DNA of 40,322 nt from a candidate division WOR-3 bacterium (GTDB lineage: Bacteria > Hydrothermota > Tepidihabitantia > SM23-42 > JAOAFX01): contig JBDRWI010000015.1 of assembly GCA_039802265.1 (NCBI GenBank), forward strand, positions 1 to 40,322, read 5' to 3'. Both the position numbers and the translations under genes were made by a program. The notes beneath the pieces were generated by a model. The model saw only the letters and a list, made by a program, of their open reading frames with translations, had not been told where the DNA came from and searched no databases. Of this stretch, positions 1 through 10,122 are shown in pieces (position 1 is the first letter of the stretch; every line of letters starts with the position of its first letter).

Positions 1-32
1 AAACCGTCTCTTTGTGCGGAGACCATTTTCAT
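1..32 (-). CDS. Probable 5' end of a gene running off the window (MKMVSAQRDG...)
   Basis: ATG at 32-30 preceded by AGGGGAG (45-39); open to the window edge; only 10 codons visible. Confidence 0.3.
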   Translation of the reverse strand, partial: MKMVSAQRDG

Positions 33-33
33 A

Positions 34-669
34 TCATTCTCCCCTGAATATCTTGTGGTTTTTTTTAACTATAATGAAAAATTTCATTACCATTGTATAG
101 GAATTTTTCAAATTCCTATACAATAAAATATCACCGTTGGTAAGTTGTTTACCAATGTTCGTACAGACATGAAGATTTCCGGGTCCTACATCCACAGGTT
201 GCCCCCAATTCTGAGAAAACCAACCGCCTGTTTCATAAACTGCAGCCATTCCACCCCAGGAAGGACCAGGGAAAAGATATGAAAATGAAAGATGAGGACC
301 ATTGCCAGTACCATTATCTGATGCGATCGAGTTAGGATATCCCCCGGAAAATAATAGTGAATCGTGTACCCAGAAAGACAAACTCCCGGATGTCTGATGA
401 ACATTCAGGTTATGTGTGAATCCACGATTTACTATTTGAATTGCATCAACTATTGGATTATACCCAATACACTCCTGCTTCTGTGTCCAGAGTGTATATC
501 CGTTTACTGAAGAATCAATTACTGTTGCCGGCTGTGGTAACCTTGAAGAAGAAACGATAAAAATATTTCCGCTACCGAGCAATGACTTATCTATTCTTTT
601 TGCGGGCGGGTCTTTTTCCTTAATAATCCCCGCCATCAAAAATAAGACACAAATTGCCAAAATTGTCAC
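34..669 (-). pseudogene. Truncated paralog of the adjacent secreted protein (signal peptide plus N-terminal domain only)
   Basis: GTG start with AGGAGG RBS and hydrophobic signal peptide; strong similarity to 671..2233 (QECIxYN, IQIVNR, LNVHQ, GPHxSFSY, GGWxS, PVDxG, GKQLxNG) that stops abruptly at a perfect palindrome (92-124). Confidence 0.6.
92..124. repeat. Perfect 15-bp inverted repeat ATTGTATAGGAATTT-TTC-AAATTCCTATACAAT
   Basis: Read directly from the sequence. Confidence 0.9.
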
Positions 670-670
670 C

Positions 671-2233
671 TTAACCTCCTAATTTCATTACCTTCTTAAC
701 CAAAGCACCATCGGGGATTTTTAAATTTATAAAATAGACCCCGGATGGTAGTGGATGGATGGAATTGTCATCACCAGACCAGATAATCTGGTTAAACGGT
801 TGAATGGTTAAATGGTTAAATTGTTTTACCATTCTACCCGAAGCATCGTAAATACTTAATGAAATTTCGGATTGCGGATTGCGGAATGCGAAATTGTTTG
901 GAATTTGAGTATTGAAATTTATTTGGTCATTGTGCTTTGGGATTTGGAATTTAATCACGCAGTGATTTTTAAATGGATTTGGAAAGACTTCAAGTCTCAA
1001 CCTTACATCTTCCACCTTTAACTTTTTATCCTCTTTGCTCCCGGTGTAATCGTTGAAGGTAAAGTAAATTCCTATATCACCGCTTCTCAATCCATTAAAG
1101 GCAGTCCAATAAGGGTCATAATTGCCCGCAGCACAAAGAATGAATGCGCGTCTCCTTGTTATGTCAAGCCTCTTTGCAATCTGCTGAAGGCCCAATCGTA
1201 AAGAATCATTCTGGGCGGTAAGATTCTCAGGTGTGCCCCAGGTTATTCCCTGGTCAGTTGACCAGTTAATATAAATATCATTCCAGCAAAGAGAGTCATT
1301 GAGGTCATTCCTTGGCATACTGTAAATTACTGCCGCCAGATTTCCTCCGGTTGCGATTGTCGGATAGAAGCATTCGGTATCCGGCGCCCCGAATGTTGAA
1401 GAGACTGCAACACAGGATTCACCCTCAGCATAAGAGACATAGACCTTGGAATAATAGGGATATGTATCATCCGCACCATTTCGGACATCAAAAACCAGCA
1501 ATGGATTTCCTGCATCGGTAACTGCCATCTGTTTCCAACCGAGTATACTTAACGGATAGGGATTGGGCAGGACTATATCATAGGTATCAGGAGAAGATAT
1601 CCCGATTGTATCAATTCGGCAATAGAGAATATTCATAGAGTCGTCGTACCAGAAGACATAGCCAACTTCATCATTGATATCAAAGCCCCAGAGATTCCCA
1701 TAGCCAATGATTCCTGATGATAGCATTGTGGTGAGGTCATACGAATAGATACTACAATAAATTTCATTATTTATCCCGCAAATTATAAAGATAAGGTTAC
1801 CATTGGAGAGTTGCTTACCGAGCACAAGGCGCACACCGATATTACCGATTCCAATATCAACAGGATAGCCCCAGCACGAACTATACCAGCCACCGGATTC
1901 AAATTGTGCCCCAGCCCCACCCCGAATAGGACCGGGAAAGTAATAGGAAAAAGAGATATGCGGTCCGGGGTTTGAGGCAATGGAGTGGGGATAGCGAGCA
2001 GAACCCATTTGTCCGCTGTATACAAAAATGTCGTGAGCCCAGAAAGAAACTTCTCCATCGGCCTGGTGGACATTCAAATTCCCACCTGGGTATAATGCCC
2101 GATTCACAATCTGGATACCATCAATCACCGTGTTATATGCAATACACTCCTGCAGTTGCCCAAAGAGGGTATGAACATTGGATGAGTCAAGGATTGACAG
2201 TTCATTGATTAAATAAAATATGAATGGAGCCAT
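671..2233 (-). CDS. Secreted protein with a C-terminal T9SS type A / FlgD-Ig-like sorting domain and an Asp-box/BNR-like motif
   Basis: C-terminus VFPNPF...IYDASGRMV...WSGDD...LPSGVYFI...KKVMKL; Asp-box-like STDQGITW; likely start ATG 2233 with GGGAGG RBS (ORF track starts at 2257). Confidence 0.75.
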   Translation of the reverse strand: MAPFIFYLINELSILDSSNVHTLFGQLQECIAYNTVIDGIQIVNRALYPGGNLNVHQADGEVSFWAHDIFVYSGQMGSARYPHSIASNPGPHISFSYYFPGPIRGGAGAQFESGGWYSSCWGYPVDIGIGNIGVRLVLGKQLSNGNLIFIICGINNEIYCSIYSYDLTTMLSSGIIGYGNLWGFDINDEVGYVFWYDDSMNILYCRIDTIGISSPDTYDIVLPNPYPLSILGWKQMAVTDAGNPLLVFDVRNGADDTYPYYSKVYVSYAEGESCVAVSSTFGAPDTECFYPTIATGGNLAAVIYSMPRNDLNDSLCWNDIYINWSTDQGITWGTPENLTAQNDSLRLGLQQIAKRLDITRRRAFILCAAGNYDPYWTAFNGLRSGDIGIYFTFNDYTGSKEDKKLKVEDVRLRLEVFPNPFKNHCVIKFQIPKHNDQINFNTQIPNNFAFRNPQSEISLSIYDASGRMVKQFNHLTIQPFNQIIWSGDDNSIHPLPSGVYFINLKIPDGALVKKVMKLGG

Positions 2234-2458
2234 AATTACCTCCCTCGGATATATCAAAAAATGGAAGATGGTTCAAAAGGGCTCAAGAAGTGAAAGAGGA
2301 TTCTGCCATGTTGAGCCCTCTTTAGCCTTTTATCCCCTTTTTGTATCACCATAAAGTCCTTATATTTATTATATTCCAGATTGTTTATGGAAACCAAAAA
2401 GAGAAGGACGAGGAGTTATGGATTTTTCAATAGTTTTTGCCACCCAACCTTTCTTCCA

Positions 2459-2486
2459 TTGACTCTCGCAATGAAATATATATAAT
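2459..2486 (+). promoter_or_regulatory. sigma70-like promoter TTGACT-N16-TATAAT
   Basis: Near-consensus hexamers ending 11 nt before ATG 2498. Confidence 0.6.
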
Positions 2487-2497
2487 TTTTCCGCAAA

Positions 2498-4495
2498 ATG
2501 AATACAAGATATAAAAAACGGATTGAGGTGGTCAAAGACTATCTTGAAAGCAAAGAATCTTTAAGGAAGGTTGCAGGAAGATTTGGTATTTCCCATCTTA
2601 CCCTGTGGCGCTGGGTGAGGTGGTATAAAAGCGGAGGAGAGGAATCTTTAAATAGGGAAAAATTTTTTTCGCCATGGAATAGGATGGACCCCAAAATTGA
2701 AAAAGAGATTGCCCGGATAAAAGAAGAGATACCGGCAATTACCATTGCCCGTGCTAAAAAGATTCTTGAAAGAAAGGGCATCCGAGTTTCCAAAAAAACC
2801 ATCTGGAAGGTCTGGAAGAGATACGGCTTAATCAATAGAGACATCAATCTCAATAGTCCCATTCTCTTACAAAGACCCGAGGCATTTCTTGATGAAGAGA
2901 TATTAAGTCTTTATAATCTTATGGATACAATTGGACAAATGGATTTTCAGGACTATTATAAAAATGTAAAATATTTGAGGGTTCGGTTAGAGAAAAAAAG
3001 ACTTTTTTATTCTTCATTGTATGCAGGAATTCTGGAGGCAATTTCTTTAAGCTGGATGGGTAAGGCAAAAGAATGCGTTAGACTCTTACAGGATTTAAGA
3101 AATAAATTGCCCAAAAAGGGAGATGCACTCCTGAAATTTCATATCTACATCGGACTTGCAATGGCGTATGCAAGGATGTTGAGAATAAAAAAGGCAATGG
3201 AACTGGCAAAAGTGTGTAAATACCTGTGCGGGCTGATAAAAGTTCCAATTCTTTATCGTGAGATTGCTAATCTATATACCCACATTGGTTATCAAAATAA
3301 GGCGCTAATTATTGTTGAAAAATTACTCAGGGATAAATTAGAGAGTTTAACAATGAATGATAAAGATATATTGAATGCAGATATGGCAATTCTCCTTGCA
3401 TCGGCAGGTAAGTACAATGAATGCCTCAAGGCACTGAGGGCGATTAGAAAAGATGCATCATATCTTCCATTTCTCTCACCTCTGATAAAATCCCAGTGCA
3501 CCCTTGGGCAGGGGAAGATCTATGAAAGTCTGGAATTTGCCCAGGAAGCTCTGGCAAAGGCAAAGAAATCTGAAATCCTTAACTGTCTCCATGTCGCATC
3601 GCTAACCATTGCCGCCTGCTTTATGGCATTAGGGCAAAAAGAAGATGCCCGTAGGATGATTAAAAAATATAATCCTTTATTTAGTAAACACAGAATGGAA
3701 AAGGATTTAATGGTGCGCCGACTTTTACTGTCTCAATCCCTAAAAAGTGAGAAATTTAAACATCCGGTCTGTAGATTGATCGGGCTATTAAAGATTGCGA
3801 ATAAATCAAAAAAACTCACTGACTACCATCGTGCTTACAGATTTGCTCAAAGATATAAACTTATGGGTATTTTTCACCGATTTATTCTATTTTTTCCAGA
3901 GATGATCGCAGAATTTATAAAAAGGGGCTGGAAGGTATTCCTTCCGCGCCCACTTTTAGACCTGCCGGTATTTAATAAGGAATCAATCGTATATACAGTC
4001 AATTTCCTTGGTGATATAAAAATTTATCGAGAAATTCCACTCAATGTTAAATTGACACCAAAAGAGGCATCTTTTCTTATCTTCCTTGCCACACAAAAAA
4101 GGCACTCAATACCTCTAAAATTGATATACGAAAAATTCTGGCATAGTGAGAAAAGCCCTGCTCGTAATCTTTCCCATTTACTATGGAATCTAAAAGAGAA
4201 ACTCGCCATTCCTAGTAATATGCTACATATGAAAGGTCCTGATTTGATATGCAGATGCCATTTCTTAACCGACTGGGATGAATTTGAAAGGTGCTTGATT
4301 CAGGCCGAGGCAATGAAGCGACTGGGAGACATGGAAAGTGCCAAAAATGAATACCAAAAGGCGATTTCCCTATTTAAAGGCGAGGTCTTTAAAAATATCT
4401 ATGACAAATTTGCAGTTGAAAAGCGGGACGAAATCCTTGCTAAATATGAACTTGCCCTTGAGCGATATAAAGAGTTGAAGAATCATATATCTTGA
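2498..4495 (+). CDS. Regulator-like protein: N-terminal transposase-type HTH, central TPR-like helices, C-terminal winged-helix/BTAD (SARP-like) region
   Basis: SLRKVAGRFGISHLTLWRWVRWY HTH and VSKKTIWKVWKRYGL second HTH; helical repeats; C-terminal VNFLGDIKI...LTPKE...LSHLLWNLKEKL...TDWDEF...YQKAISLFKGE typical of SARP/BTAD. Confidence 0.65.
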   Translation: MNTRYKKRIEVVKDYLESKESLRKVAGRFGISHLTLWRWVRWYKSGGEESLNREKFFSPWNRMDPKIEKEIARIKEEIPAITIARAKKILERKGIRVSKKTIWKVWKRYGLINRDINLNSPILLQRPEAFLDEEILSLYNLMDTIGQMDFQDYYKNVKYLRVRLEKKRLFYSSLYAGILEAISLSWMGKAKECVRLLQDLRNKLPKKGDALLKFHIYIGLAMAYARMLRIKKAMELAKVCKYLCGLIKVPILYREIANLYTHIGYQNKALIIVEKLLRDKLESLTMNDKDILNADMAILLASAGKYNECLKALRAIRKDASYLPFLSPLIKSQCTLGQGKIYESLEFAQEALAKAKKSEILNCLHVASLTIAACFMALGQKEDARRMIKKYNPLFSKHRMEKDLMVRRLLLSQSLKSEKFKHPVCRLIGLLKIANKSKKLTDYHRAYRFAQRYKLMGIFHRFILFFPEMIAEFIKRGWKVFLPRPLLDLPVFNKESIVYTVNFLGDIKIYREIPLNVKLTPKEASFLIFLATQKRHSIPLKLIYEKFWHSEKSPARNLSHLLWNLKEKLAIPSNMLHMKGPDLICRCHFLTDWDEFERCLIQAEAMKRLGDMESAKNEYQKAISLFKGEVFKNIYDKFAVEKRDEILAKYELALERYKELKNHIS

Positions 4496-4520
4496 TTTAC
4501 ATTAAACTTCTATATATAAT
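4492..4520 (+). promoter_or_regulatory. sigma70-like promoter TTGATT-N17-TATAAT for the pepA operon
   Basis: Hexamers at 4492-4497 and 4515-4520; RBS AAGGAG before ATG 4543. Confidence 0.6.
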
Positions 4521-4542
4521 AGACCAAACTTAAAGGAGAAAG

Positions 4543-6039
4543 ATGGAAATAAAGATATTGAATCAGTCAATCTTAGATTATAATGGAGATTTGTTGGTCG
4601 TTAATCTCTTTGCGGGAGTAAAAATACCCGGTGGTGCTACAGGGGCAGTAGATAAGGCACTGGATGGTGCCATCTCGTCGATGATCAAGGATGGTGATAT
4701 AACCGGTAAACTCGGGGAGACTGTAATCTTTCCCACCTTTGGAAAGATAAAGGCAAAGAAGGTGATGGTAGTAGGACTCGGGAAGAGTGAAAACTTTGGA
4801 ATTGAGGAAATCCGAAAGGCAAGTGGTTCGGCCGCAATGGCGGCAAAGAGGTCAAAGACCAAAAGGGTTGGAACAATCCTTCATGGCGCAGGAATCGGTG
4901 GTATTGACCCCCAAATAGCTGCTCAGGCACTCGCCGAGGGAACAATCCTCGGACTTTATGAATTTAATACCTACAAGAAACCTGAAGGGAAAGTAATTGA
5001 TGAATTTGCAATTATTGAGATTGACAAGAGCAAGATACCGCCAATAGATAAAGGTGCCCATCTTGGCAGTATCCTTGCCGAATCACAGAATATTGCCCGG
5101 GATTTTACAAATGAGCCGGCAAACAACCTTACGCCGGAGAAATTTGAAAAGAAGGTAAAGGAAATTATAAAAGGCTTTGGCCTTGACGAAAAGATTACCG
5201 TCACCACAATGGATAAAAAAGAGATTGAAAAATTAAAAATGGGTGCCCTCTTATCGGTTGGGCAGGGTAGTGACAATGAACCGAAATTCATTACATTGCG
5301 CTATAAAAATAGCAAGGGACCACTTGTTGTCTTGATTGGCAAGACACTTACCTTTGATTCGGGTGGCATTTCATTAAAATCTGCGGAAGGAATGGGGGCG
5401 ATGAAGGGTGATATGACCGGTGGTGGTGTAGTATTTGCAACAACAATTGCCCTTGCCCGCACCGATACAGCGATTAACCTATTAACGATTATGCCCGCAG
5501 TTGAGAATATGCCCTCTGGAAAGGCATCAAGACCCGGTGATATAGTCCAGGCAATGAATGGAAAGACGATTGAGATTATTTCAACTGATGCCGAGGGGCG
5601 TATGACCCTGGCGGATGCCCTGTGCTTTGCGGAAAGGGAGGGGGCAGAAATAATTGCTGACATTGCGACCCTGACCGGAGGTTGTGCAATTGCCTTTGGC
5701 GATGTTACCGCGGCCGTAATGGGAAACGACCAGGAATTGATAGATAAATTACTTAATATCTCAAAAAAGACCGGTGAAAGGATGTGGCAATTACCCCTCT
5801 TTGAAGAGTATGAAGAAAAGATGAAGAGCGATGTTGCTGATATAAAGAATTCTGCAGGCAGACTTGCCTCGCCGATAACCGCCGGGATATTTTTGAAGTC
5901 ATTTGTAGCAAAGGCGAAATGGGTGCACATTGATATTGCCAATAAGGAATTTGCCGAAAAAGATAGATTCTATCAACCAAAAGGGGCAACCGGTTTTGGT
6001 GTTAGAACACTATTTGAATTCTGTCGGGAAATAGAATAA
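4543..6039 (+). CDS. pepA: Leucyl aminopeptidase (M17 family)
   Basis: GKTLTFDSGG, MKGDM, STDAEGR, ATLTG, WVHIDIA and GATGFGVR M17 motifs. Confidence 0.95.
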   Translation: MEIKILNQSILDYNGDLLVVNLFAGVKIPGGATGAVDKALDGAISSMIKDGDITGKLGETVIFPTFGKIKAKKVMVVGLGKSENFGIEEIRKASGSAAMAAKRSKTKRVGTILHGAGIGGIDPQIAAQALAEGTILGLYEFNTYKKPEGKVIDEFAIIEIDKSKIPPIDKGAHLGSILAESQNIARDFTNEPANNLTPEKFEKKVKEIIKGFGLDEKITVTTMDKKEIEKLKMGALLSVGQGSDNEPKFITLRYKNSKGPLVVLIGKTLTFDSGGISLKSAEGMGAMKGDMTGGGVVFATTIALARTDTAINLLTIMPAVENMPSGKASRPGDIVQAMNGKTIEIISTDAEGRMTLADALCFAEREGAEIIADIATLTGGCAIAFGDVTAAVMGNDQELIDKLLNISKKTGERMWQLPLFEEYEEKMKSDVADIKNSAGRLASPITAGIFLKSFVAKAKWVHIDIANKEFAEKDRFYQPKGATGFGVRTLFEFCREIE

Positions 6040-6057
6040 TCTGTTATAAATCGGTCC

Positions 6058-7284
6058 ATGAAATTGAAAAGTACAATTTTACTCTTGTTCTTTACCACCA
6101 TATCCTTTTCTCAGAAAATTACCGATTTTCGATTGACACCGACCGCTGGTTATGATATGGATATCGGTCTGGGATTTTATGGCAGAACAGGAGAGGAAAA
6201 GAATTATAAAGCACAACGTCTATCAGGAAATACAAGCTTAGACTTTGACGGGCGAATGGAAAGCGAACCTAGGGTCTTTGAGGGAAAATTATCTTTCTTT
6301 TATTCCCCTTTTTTGGACAATATAAAATGGACTGATACAGTCAATCACCGGGATGAGAAATTAAAAGGGGCTTCTTTGTGGCTTGTTGAGGCATTGTCTG
6401 GAGATTTTTATATTAACAACTCCAATCTCTTCTGGCTAATTTCGGGCAATGGTAGTGTGGATTGGAATTACTACAATATTGACAGTAATTACAGCCACGA
6501 TGTTTATGGTAACTTTGACGCCACCGGCGGCATCGGACTGGGACGCCTGCGTGATGGAACCGCCTCCTATAAGGCAATGGAAATTGTAGATATCTTGATT
6601 AGAGAAAAGGTAATTGAGAAAAAATTAAAGAGTGATGAGATTCTCGGCCTCGCCCAGTTATTGAATCAGAAATGGAATTTTCAATTGCGCTATCAACGAT
6701 ACGAAAAATTCTACTACAAAGAGATTGAAGATTACTTAAAGTCTATCGGTATCTATAGAATTCCAGCATATGTCTGGTTCAAGATTAAAGAGGTTATTGA
6801 TGAAGATATCACACCGCGTGAATTTGGTTTAAAATTATCCGGTGGCTTTGGCCTCACCGGTTATGGCTATGCCTCGTATAGTATAACTGATGGTGATACA
6901 CTTTCCGAACTGAGAGGAGACCCGCTCGTGCACTTTAAGACATCCCTTCGTCTTGCCTATCCATTAACATATCGCTTCCAATTAAAGGAGATGATGGATT
7001 TGACTATCACCGAAAAAAGTCCGTCATTCTCCTCCTCTCTATCACTTATCTATTTAATTTATCCGAAATTTGTGGCGGATATTTCTTATGATTGGCAGGA
7101 CTATCTTGACCAACTCAAACAAAAGAGAATAAAAAATCACATTATAAAATTTACCCTGAATTACTATCTTGAGGATAGAACATCTATTGGCTGGTCAAAC
7201 TGTTATATATACATGAAAGAAGGGCCGGGAATACCCCAAAAATATCTCACGACTAACATTAGGTTGAACTATGATGTCTTATAA
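6058..7284 (+). CDS. Hypothetical exported protein, probably an outer-membrane beta-barrel
   Basis: Signal peptide MKLKSTILLLFFTTISFS; amphipathic beta-strand pattern; C-terminal IRLNYDVL. Confidence 0.55.
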   Translation: MKLKSTILLLFFTTISFSQKITDFRLTPTAGYDMDIGLGFYGRTGEEKNYKAQRLSGNTSLDFDGRMESEPRVFEGKLSFFYSPFLDNIKWTDTVNHRDEKLKGASLWLVEALSGDFYINNSNLFWLISGNGSVDWNYYNIDSNYSHDVYGNFDATGGIGLGRLRDGTASYKAMEIVDILIREKVIEKKLKSDEILGLAQLLNQKWNFQLRYQRYEKFYYKEIEDYLKSIGIYRIPAYVWFKIKEVIDEDITPREFGLKLSGGFGLTGYGYASYSITDGDTLSELRGDPLVHFKTSLRLAYPLTYRFQLKEMMDLTITEKSPSFSSSLSLIYLIYPKFVADISYDWQDYLDQLKQKRIKNHIIKFTLNYYLEDRTSIGWSNCYIYMKEGPGIPQKYLTTNIRLNYDVL

Positions 7285-7290
7285 ATCGCA

Positions 7291-8388
7291 ATGCCGGAGT
7301 CCATACTACAACTTTCCAGAACTGTAGAAGAATTAATACTAAAGGCACTCGGTCTGGAAGGAATAGATAAAGATAACTTAAATATCTATCAAAATAGAAT
7401 CGATAGTCTGAGAAAAGAGATGGCGATACTGGCGCAAAAATTTATAGAGCAAGAATTTATTGAATCCAAACTACCGGATGCGTATCTGGCATTAAATTTT
7501 CCGGCAAATATTATAAAAACCGAATGGGTGGTTGGGAAATTAAAGAAAATTTATGGTGATTCCTTGCCCCATCAGGCTCTCAATGTCCTTGATGCTGGAT
7601 GCGGTGAGGGCGCAGGCACAATCGGTATTTTTAATTCGCTAAAGGATATTAAAGACATAAATTTCCTGGGCGTTGATGCCTCAACGGCGATGATAAATAG
7701 ATATAGAAAATTCACTCAATCCCTCGAAATCAATGCAAAAAGTTCTGTGGAAAATATAGATAAAAGTTTCTTTAAGAAATTTCAAAGTCAATACGACATT
7801 ATTATCCTTTCCAATATCCTGGGTGAAATTTCCGGAAATAAATTAAATCTTATCAAATCTGCCCTTACAAGTTTACATAGTCCAGGAATTTTAATAATTA
7901 TTGAACCAGCCCTGAAATTTAATGCCCGCTCCTTAATGGAGATAAAATCCAAATTAAAAATCGGCAATGTAATACTACCCTGTAACCATAACTCTCCCTG
8001 TCCCTTATTAAAAAAGAAGCATGAATGGTGTTATCAATCAATCCCCTGGGTTGTGCCCCAATATCTTGAATTGCTCAATCGGAAGTTATTCCGAGATTTG
8101 CGATATTTAAAGTTTTCTTATTTAATTATTGCAAAATCTATTGAAACGAAACCCAAAATTATACCGGTCATCAGCCCGGTCTGGGAGGAAAAAGGAAGAA
8201 AGAGGTTTTTTATCTGCCTGAATGGCAAAAGGATTGAGTGTATTCGCTCCAATAAGGATGAAAGTGATGAAAACAGAGTCCTTGATTCAATAATTAAGGG
8301 CGACCATATACAATTGGATAATTTCCTTAAGCGAACCGAAGAAAGTTATCTTGTCCTCAAGGAGACAAAAATCAAGATGGTGTGTTGA
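7291..8388 (+). CDS. Class I SAM-dependent methyltransferase, Rsm22/METTL17-like
   Basis: VLDAGCGEG motif I; IIIEPA; LPCNHNSPCPL...EWC and KFSYL segments characteristic of the Rsm22-like family. Confidence 0.7.
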   Translation: MPESILQLSRTVEELILKALGLEGIDKDNLNIYQNRIDSLRKEMAILAQKFIEQEFIESKLPDAYLALNFPANIIKTEWVVGKLKKIYGDSLPHQALNVLDAGCGEGAGTIGIFNSLKDIKDINFLGVDASTAMINRYRKFTQSLEINAKSSVENIDKSFFKKFQSQYDIIILSNILGEISGNKLNLIKSALTSLHSPGILIIIEPALKFNARSLMEIKSKLKIGNVILPCNHNSPCPLLKKKHEWCYQSIPWVVPQYLELLNRKLFRDLRYLKFSYLIIAKSIETKPKIIPVISPVWEEKGRKRFFICLNGKRIECIRSNKDESDENRVLDSIIKGDHIQLDNFLKRTEESYLVLKETKIKMVC

Positions 8389-8415
8389 CTGCCATCACCG
8401 TAATCAAATAGAATC

Positions 8416-10122
8416 TCACCCTTCAATCAGTTGATATTGATATAACTTCCAATACAAACCTTTCTTGTTTAGCAGTTGCTCTGGCATACCTTCTTCAACA
8501 ATCTTACCCTTGTCCAGAACATAGACATAGTCACAGATTGAAAGAACCGATAATCTATGTGAGACAATAATTAAGGTTACCCCGCGAATTTCCGAGATTT
8601 GCTGGATGAGTTTCTTTTCGGTTTCCGCATCAAGATTACTGGTGGCATCATCAAGAACCAGAATTTTCTTCTCATTCAATAATGCCCGGGCAATTGCTAT
8701 CCTTTGCTTTTCACCACCTGAAAGTTTTAGCCCTCTTTCACCGATCAATCCGTTATAGCCCGCTGGAGAATTTTTAATGAAATCGTCTAACTGGCATATC
8801 TCAATAACTTTTTCCAGTTTATCTTTCTCAATCTTCTTTCCAAATACGATGTTATTATATATGGTATCTGAAAATAGCGATGGCTCCTGGGGAGCATAGG
8901 AATATAGCCCGCGATATTTTTTCAAACTCAGTTCACAACTTGAAAATCCGTTTAATTTTATAGCACCCTTTGTTGGTTCCGATAAACGCATCAAAAGTTT
9001 TAAAAGCGTCGTTTTACCCGAACCAACAGTCCCGGCAAGGCCAATTTTCTTACCGGCGGTTATTTTTAAATTGATGTCACTTAGCACTGGTGGTAAATCT
9101 ATTCCGTAAGAGAAGCTCAAATCTTCTACTGTAATACTTGAAAAATCAAATTCTATTACCTTTCCGGTGTCTGACACATCCGGGGGATAATTCTTTATCT
9201 CTTCAATCCTTTTCACCTGGACCTCAGCCCGTTTTTTGACTACAAAGAAATTGGCAATATCAATCATTGGATGGAGTAAGGTCAAGATATAAGCCATAAA
9301 GGCAATCAATCCTCCGATCGTTATCATATTCTTTATCACAAATATCCCACCGCATAATAAAATAAGCACTATCCCCATTTCCTCTATTGAAGCAAACATA
9401 TTCTGAAGCAAAGATTCAATCCTGAATACCTTCCTTGCCGAATCTATCCTTCTCTGTAATAATTTCTTGAATTCGCCTTCATTCTGTTTTTCCAGGGTGT
9501 ATGCCTTGATAATACGAATCCCGGAAAAATTTGACTGGAGAAAATTATGGACGAGCGAAATTACCTCACGCCAATTTTTAAAATATCTATAAACCTTGGG
9601 CGAAAAAAATCTATAGCCTAAAATCGTAATTGACATAGGCAAGACGGCAATGAGCATCAGTCTCCATTCAATACGCGAAAGAAAATAGACGGCAAAGGCA
9701 ATGGTCAGGACACCCTCAAGGGGTCGGAATATGCCGGAACAGGCAAACCAGGATAATTCACCAAGGTCTAAATCAATCCTTTCCAAGACATCTCCGGCGG
9801 GAAATTTATTAAAGAATGTATGCCCTTTAGTAAGGATAGATTTGAAGATATTATTCCTTTCCTTGAGATTAAAGATTTCATTGGTCCTGCCCCGGGTATA
9901 GGGCAGGAATACACCAGCAATAGAACGCAGCAGACCAATGGCACCCAGAAGAATGATGGCATTTATCAATTGTCTGATGCCAAATTCCGATTTTATGCCG
10001 TCAATAATATCTTTCAATATATAGGGAAACAACAAGACAAGAAATGTGTATATAGATGTGAATATCACCAGAAATATCAACCTGCCGGTCCTCTGTTTCC
10101 AGAATGCCACAATCGTCTTCAT
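8416..10122 (-). CDS. ABC exporter half-transporter (TMD+NBD), MdlA/YheI-like with degenerate Walker B
   Basis: TM domain; GTVGSGKT; LSGGEKQR; LVLDDATS. Confidence 0.9.
   Translation of the reverse strand: MKTIVAFWKQRTGRLIFLVIFTSIYTFLVLLFPYILKDIIDGIKSEFGIRQLINAIILLGAIGLLRSIAGVFLPYTRGRTNEIFNLKERNNIFKSILTKGHTFFNKFPAGDVLERIDLDLGELSWFACSGIFRPLEGVLTIAFAVYFLSRIEWRLMLIAVLPMSITILGYRFFSPKVYRYFKNWREVISLVHNFLQSNFSGIRIIKAYTLEKQNEGEFKKLLQRRIDSARKVFRIESLLQNMFASIEEMGIVLILLCGGIFVIKNMITIGGLIAFMAYILTLLHPMIDIANFFVVKKRAEVQVKRIEEIKNYPPDVSDTGKVIEFDFSSITVEDLSFSYGIDLPPVLSDINLKITAGKKIGLAGTVGSGKTTLLKLLMRLSEPTKGAIKLNGFSSCELSLKKYRGLYSYAPQEPSLFSDTIYNNIVFGKKIEKDKLEKVIEICQLDDFIKNSPAGYNGLIGERGLKLSGGEKQRIAIARALLNEKKILVLDDATSNLDAETEKKLIQQISEIRGVTLIIVSHRLSVLSICDYVYVLDKGKIVEEGMPEQLLNKKGLYWKLYQYQLIEG

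Noticed and set aside
2276..2420. AGGGCTCAA...TTGAGCCCT inverted repeat and tiny ORFs in the divergent region
   Set aside because: Short, with no supporting features; could be an operator but cannot be supported
2498..2850. IS element / transposase
   Set aside because: HTH only; no DDE catalytic domain or terminal inverted repeats; continues in frame into TPR/BTAD
4578..5989. Antisense ORFs within pepA, and similar shadows over sucCD, rlmN, pckG, asnB and the ABC genes
   Set aside because: Reverse-strand or alternate-frame shadows of well-supported genes
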